64,000 nt of DNA from Chara braunii (lineage: Eukaryota; Plantae; Charophyceae), in contig BFEA01000019.1 of assembly GCA_003427395.1 (NCBI GenBank), forward strand, positions 3,256,565-3,320,564, given 5' to 3'. Shown one piece after another: positions 23,761 through 34,229 of the stretch. Numbering within the stretch: the stretch's first letter is position 1; each line of letters begins with the position of its first letter. A program made the translations under genes and the position numbers. The notes below the pieces were generated by a model. That model did no database searches and had not been told where the DNA came from. It worked only from the letters and a program-made list of their open reading frames with translations.

Positions 23761-24690
23761 GACAAGTTGCTTATGGAGTTTAGATGGTTGCACTTGCCTA
23801 AAGAGACCCAAAGGCAAACATGAAAAGAACTGCGGGCAAATCTATCTTCGCTTCGGGATTGGTTTCGGACCGCTCCCATAGTAAGTAGTCTCTCATGTGG
23901 ACCCTCGATCAACCACAATGAAGGGGAGCAAAGTATCGGGGGGTTCCCCAGTTTGGGCGCAGAGTCGCAAACGGTAAAACGGGTCTAGTGTCTAGCATGT
24001 TTCCATTGGATGAGCAAAATGAGGCCGGGCATCCCTCTACATTTCAACCCGGAACACTGGGGCCGGTCCCCAGTTTGGGCGGAGACTGTAAAACGGGTCT
24101 AGTGTCCCATGCCTCGAAACCAGTCGAAAGCCTTACATACTATTCGACAATGAAATATAGAAGCTTGACTAAGTCCGACTCACTAAATTACAAACAGCAC
24201 AACACCTGCTGTTGTCGTTTTTTTTTTCCCCCCCAAGAACTTAATGTGCGGGAAAACCCACTTAACGAGGTGATAAGACCAGGCCCGTTAAGTGGGTGTC
24301 CCGATGTTGAATGCTCCGTCTATTGGTGGGGAGCTACACCTGCTGCTGTTGTCGTAAGGGATAGTTTGTCAACCACCATTTCTTAGTCTAGACTCTAGAC
24401 TAATCCTTCTGTTCAACTCGCTCAGGCTTTCCCTTCTTTTTCTAGGTACAAATTGATCCCTTCTTACTAAGTTCTTAGTCCAGTTTTTGTTTTTAACAAT
24501 TATTATGCTGAAGGGGACGCTGGAGCCGGTTTTCAGACAAGCCAAAGCGGGGTGATAGCCCCAGTACACCGGGTGGAGATGTGGAGGGATTCCTGGCCTC
24601 CTTTTGCGGAAAAAAGAAAAAAGAAAGGAAGCGAGAGTTGAAACACACACACACACACACACACACACAAAACACACACACACACACAAA

Positions 24691-24735
<45 letters not shown>

Positions 24736-26116
24736 GTTTGGTTAAAAGTTTTAAAACGTAAAAACTGTTTTCATTGCTGAAGTCAGCAATGAAAGCAGTT
24801 TTGACCAAACTTCACATCATTCCATAGAGTGGACAAAAAACTTACAACAAGGAAAGGGACTGTACTACACTGTAGTAATGTACTAGAGATGATCAAAGGA
24901 GAGGAGTGGTAATCGATGTACTCACGTCTTTCATCTCGAGCTCTTCATCCAGATAAAACTGTATCCACTCCAACAACGCATTCGTTCTCCGTATCTATAA
25001 TCAGCGGGCAAAGCCCTGATCAGGCAGTAATACTGATATGTACGATGTGCAGATCCTGCCCATTGACCGACCCCACATCTCTCTCCTTCCTTCTGCGGCC
25101 CATCTAGGATTACCAACTTTCGTCGACCAAGATTAGGTTATGGCAGGTGCATGGTTGTGCCCCCTCAAAGCGGCCTCCACCTCAGCGCCCACACGATCTA
25201 TCACCTCTCCGCCTCCGCCATACCCAACAGCAAGTTCTGGCTAAGCGCAGCTTATCCACAGCTGCCCCCGTGCGATCCCCCACTGCCCGCGCATCGTAAT
25301 AGTGATGCGCTAGCGCAGCGTCATGGTTACCGCTGTGCTAACGCGATCCGGGTGATCAGTTTAATATCTGACCCTTTTTCCTGTACTCTTTTGTTCTTTT
25401 TCCTTTCTTTTTTCTGTGATTCTTTGGCAATGTCTTTGACAACGATATTCAAAAAGTTTTGGATTCTTTTTTTTGTTGTTGTTTGGATTCGTTTTTAAGA
25501 TCGAGAACATTCGGTTGTCCCTTAATATATACATCAATTGAGTTCAATGGCGACTGTTAAAGAGAAGAAGAAGAAGAAGAAGAAGACGAAGAAGAAGAAG
25601 AAGAAGAAGAAGAAGAAGGAGAAACTCAGGGACTTCTGCTAAAATGCTAACACTGGCGCTTGGGAAGTTGGGAATAATAGAGAACTACTGCAACCTCAAT
25701 GGCATTGGTTGTGATGAGTGTGAGCGAGCGTCTGGTACTGCACTTGCACAGAGGCCGGTGGAAGTCACAAGAGGTATGGCTGGGACACATTCCAGCACGC
25801 TTTCACGGGTGCAGTTGCAAATTGGTCTGATTGTTGATGCCAAAGTCGCCAGTTCGAATCTGTGCAGTGTCACGGCCACATCCACGACCACCACCGATCA
25901 TTCCTCGGCAGAATAACCAGCCAGGAGATTCTACGTGGGAGGACTGGGCGGCTGCGTCCGCAGGACAGTCTTTTTTTTTTTTCCTTTTTTTTCTTTTCGG
26001 GAGTGTCTTTCACAGGACAGTCGTCGATTGAGAGAACAATGAGGGTATCTTATGCGCCCTCTGCGTGCAGGAGGGTCTCAAGGTGTCATGACTCGTGCGT
26101 GCGAGCGATTGATATT

Positions 26117-26523
26117 GGGTCTCGCTCCACTGCTATCTGCTGTACGAAATTTCGTATAGCATCCGTATAGCTGTCAGAGCAAAAAAAAACGTATAAAACC
26201 TAGTGTCGCTCCACTTACTATCCGCTATACGAGTCTCCAATTTTGGAGTTCACTACAAAACACTCTCACAGCACTACAAGGCATCAATTTGTCGGCCCAG
26301 ACTCCAGGCTCTCCATATGATTTCGCGATGCTACGCCGACCTCCTTCGACCACCCTCCGAGTAACGACTTCTGCAGGCTGTGAACTATACGGGATCGTAT
26401 GGTGAATCCGGAGGGCGCCATCTGACATCCATACGGTGATTTCCGAAGGTGGATTTCGGATAGTAAGTGGAGCGGTGACTTACTATCTGAAATCGTACAG
26501 CAGATAGTAGTGGAGCGAGACCC
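26117..26523. mobile_element. 407-bp PIF/Harbinger-like MITE with 3-bp TSD (ATT)
   Basis: ATT|GGGTCTCGCTCCACTGCTATCTGCTGTACGA ... TCGTACAGCAGATAGTAGTGGAGCGAGACCC|ATT, plus inner inverted repeats CGCTCCACTTACTATCCG/CGGATAGTAAGTGGAGCG. Confidence 0.85.
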
Positions 26524-27201
26524 ATTGTGCAACCATGCCGGGGTGGGATGGATGTCATCATGTCAGAGCCGCATCAGAGTTGCAGTTCACCCCATGCCGG
26601 GGTGGAGTGAAGTGGCAATCTCTGATGCGCCTCTGGCGTAACCTCGGCTGGTTGGCAGTTCAAATTTGTGCAGAGTCGTGCACAGATCCAAGGCGAGTAC
26701 TTGTCAGCAACCACCGATGGGCGACGGCAATCCCCTCGTCGTCATTTGCTATGGCTCCGGGAGCAGGAAACCGCAAGCGGAGGGGATGCAGATGATAGCT
26801 AGCTAGCTTAAGGACCGTTCGCACCGAAATGGAGGTAGTCCTACATGGCCCGAGGCATCGAGCCAATTGCTGGGCCTACTACACACGTACGCGGCAGAAC
26901 ACCATGTGTGTTTGTGATCGGCTGTCTGGCTGCAGGGATCTGCTGTCCACACAGGACTTGTAGTGGAAAAGTCGTCGGCTCCGTCTGATGTGTCTGCTGC
27001 TCATCTGCTGTCAACTGGGGTAGCCACTTCCGGCCACCGGGCGGCGAGGACGATGCTGTGCTTGGGGGTTTCCTTTCAATTTGGCACCGTGTCTGCAACC
27101 TTGTTGCTGGGGGCGAGAAGCTCTGGCGCTTGAAATCTGACGAATCGGCAGACCCCGACCTCGTTTCCTTCTTCTTTTTTTCCGCATAAGCGACCCCCAA
27201 A

Positions 27202-27394
27202 TCTTACCTATTTAAAGTTCGAGAATAGGTCGAGGGTGTTTCGCCCCCGAGGCCTGTAGTCATTTGTAATCATTGGCTTTTTACCTGAGAGATAAAAAAA
27301 AACCGTTCAACCGCTCCAGCTTTACTGAGGGAAATTCCGGAGAGAACCAGCTGCTAGACGGTTCAGTTTGATTAGTCTTTCGCCCCTATACCCA
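27202..27394 (-). pseudogene. Degenerate 25S/28S rRNA fragment
   Basis: The plus strand matches the reverse complement of conserved LSU rRNA: TCTTACCTATTTAAAGTT.GAGAATAGGTCGAGG, CTGAGGGAAA.T.CGGAG.GAACCAGCT.CTAGACGGTTC, GATTAGTCTTTCGCCCCTATACCCA. It contains indels. Confidence 0.9.
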
Positions 27395-27408
27395 GACCTC
27401 ATTTCCTT

Positions 27409-27529
27409 TTTTTTTTTTTCCCTTTTTTGAAGTTTTTTCCTTTTTTTTCTTTTCTTTTCCTTTTTTTTTAATTTTTAATTTTTATTCTTTTTAATTGAAA
27501 AAAAAATCAACAAACAGAAGCTCCAATCT
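27409..27529 (-). mobile_element. Extremely 5'-truncated retrotransposon insertion with 15-bp TSD
   Basis: AGACCTCATTTCCTT is duplicated at 27394-27408 and 27530-27544 around AGATTGGAGC plus an A-rich tail. Confidence 0.8.
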
Positions 27530-27678
27530 AGACCTCATTTCCTTCTATTATTCTCTGACGGTAACTAAGTCGTTGCTGTCTCCCTCCGATCCTAAGGGCA
27601 CAATTATGCGTCCCTGCAATTGCAGGCTGGACATTGTGTCATGTCATGTCTGCAGCTCCCAATCTACTGGTGAGAATG

Positions 27679-27734
27679 AACCCTAAACCCTAAACCCTAA
27701 ACAGTAAAACCCTAAACCCTAAACCTTAAACCCT
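27679..27734 (+). repeat. Interstitial plant-type telomeric repeat (CCCTAAA)n, about 7 units
   Basis: AACCCTAAACCCTAAACCCTAAACAGTAAAACCCTAAACCCTAAACCTTAAACCCT. Confidence 0.9.
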
Positions 27735-28516
27735 GTGTTGCAGGATGTATCACTCGGGTGCTGGACCCGGTTTCCGGCAGGTGCCGCTCCTCACCAATAG
27801 ATGGAGCAGCCCGACAGATGAGCCCTCAATTCTGACGGTTCTCTTACCACCACTGGGATAGAGGGCCTACACAAGGACTACTTTTGCAGGGGGAAAAAAA
27901 AACGAAAAAAAACACACACACAAACTACGCAGACAGGTTGTGGGTGTCTGGCCAAATCCACCCGTGCACCCAAGGCATATAATATGTGGAAGAGGAGAGA
28001 GAGGAGAGAGAGGAGAGTCAACCGGGTAATTGTTCTTCAGGTAAACTGGTTGGCAAGGAGATTGAGAGTAGGCACTTTGACTGAAAGAGGTTCAGGTTCT
28101 GTGGTCACCATAGCCAGGAGCTAGGGGATAGGAATCATAGGAGGCAGGGCAGCTAGTGGATGCTATGAGGCGAAAGACGAAGATTTGCATGACGCCGCAA
28201 AAGTGGAATCGGGCACTCTCCTTTCTGGTTCTCGGCGCCCTGTGCATGCCCCACTGGACTTCCTCGTCACATCCCTGGCCATGACGGCGCGAAAGCAGCC
28301 GCTGGCAGACCTTGAGAGTGTGCAATCGCCTTGCTCCAGAGAGCTGGAGGACACTGCAGACACTCACCTGGTGAAAGCAGGGGTTGGGGGTCCATTGCAG
28401 TAGTCCTGAATTTGGGCTATCGCCGGAAATGGTGGAAAGTCACCATCTTGCCATGAGAGGTCTCTGGCACTCTCACAATGGTTCCATGCAAAAAACCTTA
28501 CTCCTTGCTTCTTGAA

Positions 28517-28715
28517 ACCACTAGTACCTTTGCAGAGTGGGAAAATAGCGGGCCTCAGGTGGGTCTCCGACCTTTTAGGAGGGCGAAACGAAATGACAAC
28601 CGCCAATCAGATTTATCAATGGCAGCCATCGTCAGGCCCGGCTTTGATTTTTTAGGAGTTTGCGAAAACTACCAGTTTTCCCTATTTTCCCAACACTGGT
28701 GGAGGTACTAGTGGT
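28517..28715. mobile_element. MITE family B copy
   Basis: ACCACTAGTACCT...AGGTACTAGTGGT termini. Confidence 0.75.
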
Positions 28716-29058
28716 TAAAAAAAAAACAAAAACAAAAAAAAAAACACCACCACCACCCATCAACAACAGGTGTAGGGGGGTTGCTGATATGACCAGACAC
28801 CCCATCAGTTGTGCCAATGGTGTCTTCTTGCCATATGACAGTCTTGCCAGTGGGGGTTATGGAGGGTGAGAGATTGGTTCTGGTGGGGTAGTGAGAAGAT
28901 GAAAGTAAGAAGCTGGGTGGTGTGCACTGAACACTAGACGAAAAAGAAGTCACTGGAGGTTTAAACTTGAAGAGCCACTGACAATGCCGTTGCGAAGAAG
29001 ATGCCTTGCCTTGCTGTAATGTCTCCATGGTGAAGCCAATGCAAGGGTTCAAGGGCTG

Positions 29059-29163
29059 CCGTCTTCACCCTAATAGAACGCCTGGTCATCATCGTTGCAT
29101 CTGGACTGAAAGATGCCCCAAATACAGCTACAAAAACCAGGCGTTGCATTCGGGTTCAGATGG
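29059..29163. mobile_element. MITE family A copy
   Basis: CCGTCTTCACCCTAATAGAACGCCTGGTCAT...CTGGACTGAAAGATGCCCCAAATACAGCTA. Confidence 0.75.
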
Positions 29164-29267
29164 CGATTGAAATCAATGCAGGGGTTCAAAAGGGCCAGGT
29201 CAGATGAGAGCTGAAGTCAACGCAAGGGTTCCAGGGCTACGTCAAATGATCGCTAAAGTCGACGCTA

Positions 29268-29481
29268 CCGTCCTCCCCCGAACATAACGCATATGCGTTG
29301 CAAACGAATACAACGCTTAGGTTGTTTTCTGTTCGAATACAACACGTCGTGTCTTCTATTCGAACAGCTGTTATATTCGAATACAACGCGTATGCGTTTT
29401 TTTTCGAATCATATCGATTTTTTATCTTTCCCCCCGTAAACTCGAGTACAACACATATGCATTATGTTCGGGGGAAGATGG
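29268..29481. mobile_element. Longer (214-bp) family A-related MITE
   Basis: CTA|CCGTCCTCCCCCGAACATAACGCATATG...CATATGCATTATGTTCGGGGGAAGATGG|TAG, with internal CGAATACAACG repeats. Confidence 0.8.
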
Positions 29482-30315
29482 TAGTACCCCTCTCCCAGCT
29501 ACCCATGAGAATGCACCGGTTAGCGCGGTGCGACAGAAAGGCTTGACCTGCGAGATTTTTTTTTTTTTTTTTTTTTTTTGTTTGTTTGTTTGTTTGTTTG
29601 TTTGCTTGACCTGCGAGATCAACAAGGCTGGCGGCACTTTCGGTAAAGTCCTAACCAGCCATCATTGGGTATTTTAGGGGGTAGCAAACTCGCACATGAG
29701 GCTCGGAGGTACTGATGGTTTAAGTAGCGAAGTAACCTCATGTCCAGTGTCGCTTTCTCTGGGGGCTTTTTTTTTTTTTTTTTTTAAATCAGACTTCAGG
29801 CAGGGTCTGCAGAGCTTAAGGAAGAAGGTGTAATGAACCGGACTTCAGAAGCTAACAAACAAATCTCACATGAACTCATGAGGCTCAAATCAATGATAAC
29901 AACGAAATTTGAGATAGCAACGAACAACACAACTGTGTGAAGAAGAAGAGCAAGGGCATGAGAAAGAGCAGCATGGAAATATTTTCAAAAGACGATAGGG
30001 GGCCCATCGCCGCTCTGCCGGTACATGGAAGGTCCATAGCTGTTCTCTAGGCATTTGTGGTCATTAACAGAGTTGGTCACTTTGTCACAAGTCCTTGTAC
30101 TAGGTCTATTTTTGACTCTTTTAGTTTAGGATGCTTTCTCTGGGGATGGCTTTTTGTAAGGGCCTTTTTTTTTGCGCTTTTTCTTCGGTTTGCTTTTTTG
30201 GCAACTAAGATGATATTTATTATTTAGATTTCAGTTTTTGTTTTAGTCTTTCCTTTTTTTTTTTGAATTATGACTTTTTCAGATGAAAAAGTGGAAAGGC
30301 TGGTTACTTGGAGTC

Positions 30316-30853
30316 TAGTGGATCAAGGCTAACAGTGTGGGACTGGGTACTTAAAATAGCCTCCGGCTGCTTGATTAGTGACCTTGTGGAGCCATATCTT
30401 CTTCACTATCCTATCCCCGTAACCTCATGCTCGCCGGGGATAAGCAACCGGACTGGTGCCCTCCCAGAATATAATGGGGGTGTTTTGATAGTCCAAAAAA
30501 AAAAAACAAAAAAAAACAAAAAAAAAACAAAAAAAAAAGATTTCTTGAACTTTCTCCGCGCCTTACGTGTAGTGTAGTGGATCAAGGCTAACAGGGTGGG
30601 ACTGGGTACTTAAAATAGTCTCCCGCTGCTTGATTGGCGACCTTGTGGAGCCATATCTTCTTCTTCTTCTTCTTCTTCTTCTTTGTTTTTTTGTTTTTGT
30701 TTGTTTTTTTTTTTTTTNTTTTTTACAAGAGCCATATCTTCTTCACTATCCTATCTCCGTAACTTCGTGGTTGCCATGGATAAGCAACCAGACCGGTGCC
30801 CTCCCAGAATATAATGGGGGTGTTTTGTTTGTCCAAAAACCAAAAAAAAAAAA
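30316..30853 (+). mobile_element. Two tandem copies of a ~180-bp poly(A)-tailed retroposed unit
   Basis: TAGTGGATCAAGGCTAACAG...CCCAGAATATAATGGGGGTGTTTTG..GTCCAAAA at 30316-30538 and 30575-30853. The second copy is interrupted by a T-rich tract flanked by duplicated GAGCCATATCTTCTTC. Confidence 0.8.
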
Positions 30854-31002
30854 GTTTCTTCCCCCTCTCCTACTTCAGGACCTTTCAACGACGCCTGTTG
30901 AAGAGTACAATTTTCAAGATTCTTACCCCTCTCCTACTTCAGGACTCCTCTCTCACCACCTAAATGTCACTCCTGCCGTCCCTCTCCCCATTCCTTGACC
31001 GC

Positions 31003-31044
<42 letters not shown>

Positions 31045-31689
31045 AACGCCCCCACCAGTGTTAGTGCTGCTGGTAAGAGACGCCAAACTAGACGCAATTC
31101 ACCATTCAAGTCAGTCTCTCTCTAGCGCTGGCCTATCACCGGCTACCGACTTCACCCGAATAGAGCGCCCGGTCATTATCGCGGCATCTGGACTGAGGAA
31201 AGTTGTGCAAGGAAAATGAGCACCAGCAAAATGACAGAATTCCAAATTGCAACATGATATGAAAGCCAGGTAGTCAAAAAAAAAAAAAAAAAAAAAAAAA
31301 AAGCCAGATAATTGTGACGTGTCCAGAAGCAGAGATACACTGAAATCACACCAATGTCGGAGAACCAAGACAACGAACTCCAATGTCAATGAAAGCCCTC
31401 TCCCGCCAGCATGAACAACGAATCTGAAGTTCTTCCTCCCTAATGGCGCTCAGCGCCCAGACCACGATCACACAGCTCGGATACTAGCCTACTGTAATGA
31501 CGAAGCAACCAGATGACGTCAGCAGCAGCAACTGAAGTACATGCAGATGTCACCCATGCAGACCTCCGCCACCACCAGGTACGTGCCCTCACATCCTCTC
31601 TCTCACCCGCCCTCCACTTTCTCACTCTCGTCCTCTTCCCCACGCACAACCTCCACATCCCGAGACCCACTAGCAATGCCACTTTCTGA

Positions 31690-32270
31690 TTTTTTATTTT
31701 TTTTATTTTAATTTGCTCCAATCTATTCGTGGGGAGCAGCACGTGCTGGGAACCGGGCCCAGCGTCCCTTATAATTGGAATACACTGATGACTGATGAAA
31801 ATTTGGGATGATTCAGGAACATTTCAGGATGATTGATATAATAAGCTAGAGATTGATGCTGACCACTCAGAATGCTTATCTACTCAGATCTCACATACTA
31901 CCCCAACCCTAATCTCAGATATCCCTAGCAACCAGCCAGTTTCTACTGAGCCAATACTGTATACCAACCAAGCCTCTACCCGGTCTCACACCCCAATCTA
32001 GCTAGGTTACAGGGCAGCGCCACCCACCCCAGCACCGACCCTCGTCGGCCAGATTGTAGCCTTTGGTCAAGTATGTTAATTGCCTTCCACCCTCAGCAAT
32101 CCCCAGATCTCTATCCAAGGCCTCAAGGTCCTATGAAGGTTACAGGGCAATGCCCCAGCGCAGGCCAGCATCGTTCTGGTTTCTACTCAACCTGGGCAAG
32201 AACACAATAAAAGCTCAATTAGGAGATCAGAACGATACAGAGAAGATTAGCATGGGCCCTGCACAAGGAT
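31690..32270 (-). mobile_element. Retroposed 3' end with A+B module
   Basis: T-rich tail at 31690-31714, module at 31715-31768, and downstream similarity to 23100-23740. Confidence 0.6.
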
Positions 32271-32302
32271 GACACGCATAAATCGAGAAATGGTCCAAAT
32301 TG

Positions 32303-32403
<101 letters not shown>

Positions 32404-33164
32404 ATGTAACCTAAGAATTCAGATCTGATAATAGTGGGATCCTGAGCAAACAACCAATCTGATGATGACGATGATGATGTTGATGATGTTGATGATACTT
32501 GACGCTGATTGACCCTCCCCTGTCCACCCCTCCTCTTTTCCCCTCTTACCACCCCGCCTCTCCCTTGCTGCCTCCGCTAATCAGAACCAGTCTGTTGTTG
32601 AGCGGTTCCTCACAGCCCCAGCAATAGGAAAGCCTCCCTCTACCCTACTCCCCTCAAAGAAGGTTGTTCCCCCAAAAAGCCTACCTCGAGCTATCTCTGT
32701 CCTACTCTGCCACCACTAGTAGATGATGTTCTGCCTTCCATATCTCCCAGCCCCAGAGTTAGACAGTCCCCCTTGTCCGCCCTTATTCCCTACAGGCAAA
32801 CACTTTCCACCTTGTGTTTCCCCTGCAGAAAAGAGTTCTCCGCACTCAATCCAGCCTGCCCTCCACGTCAGCAACCTTGTGGGGAGGATTTTCACAACCT
32901 CAAGTATAGAAAAAGAACAAGGAAAGGCTTATCAACCAGTCCCTGGCACAAAGTCGCCACCTTGTTCCAGACTTGCTGAGCCCTCGGGCAGGATACGAGG
33001 TAGTGCACCACAGCCTCCGGCTGCCACATGTCGCAGATGCCCCACGACTCGTTGAGAAGGGTTCTGTGTTACGGGATTCTCCATCTGCTAAGGCATCAGT
33101 TTACCAGTAGACCCAGATCTATCAACAACCACTGCATGCTCCTTATCCTCGGACAGAGTCCCAC

Positions 33165-33239
<75 letters not shown>

Positions 33240-33830
33240 GTCAGTATCCATTGCAGCCACTTTTGCAGTAAATCAGGTTCTGCAGTCGGTATGTGCGTCA
33301 TTGGCGGTTGCTTCTGGCCATCATTAGTGACGGTTGGTTCTGGCCACTGGTGCACATACCGATAGTGAAGGGCGGTTGCACGCGATGTGTAATGGTTCTG
33401 GGCGTGAGCATAATCACTGTCAACTACCGGTAGTTCCATCTGAGGAGGGTGTGCAGGGGGACGCTAAGGTATGCCTATGGAGAGCACTTCTTGATTCTCG
33501 AGCCCATCCACTGGAGCTGGTATCTCGTCTTCATTAGCCGCCTGTTACGTATGGTGAGGCAGAGTGATTGAACAGGCACTTTCGCTGGGAGAGGCATCAT
33601 ACAGTAGAGGGTACCCAACATGCTTGCTCCCTGAGAATCTTCCGTCCTCCCACAGACTCCACACCCACCAACAGTGCTACTTGCAGGGGGGGCAGGGCGA
33701 GCCGGAGGTGGGGGCGGGGCGGGGTGGGGGTTGGCAGGGCAGGGGGGGACGGGGAAGCACAAGGGGAGGGCAAGCACGGCACCAACAAGGTTGTTGACTA
33801 GCGGTTGCTAGGATGCTTTGAATTGCACCA

Positions 33831-33935
33831 CTGCCTGCACCCGAATAGAACGCCCTGTCATTATCGCTGTACCTAGACTGAAAGTTGCCCCAAATACAGC
33901 TGTAATGACCAGGCATTCTATTTCGATGACGACGG
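33831..33935. mobile_element. MITE family A copy
   Basis: CACCCGAATAGAACGCCCTGTCATTATCGCTGTA...GACGACGG|TAG. Partial copies also lie at 31146-31210, 43263-43312 and ~44681-44760. Confidence 0.75.
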
Positions 33936-34159
33936 TAGGCACATTGGCAATGTCGAGTCTCTCCTGCCATGGCTGAGTCTGTGCCTGGGGTTGAGAAGAG
34001 ATCAAAAGCGTATGTGTATCGGTTTTATTCGGTAGTAGGGCGGCTTGCTCTGTCGAGTAGGTCTCTTCAGGGGTCACCGTTTGTACTTCTATTTCAGTAG
34101 TAGTAGCGGAGAGGAGTTCAGCCTGCAGGTCAGAACTCTGCTGTGCTGGGTCTTACCCT

Positions 34160-34229
<70 letters not shown>

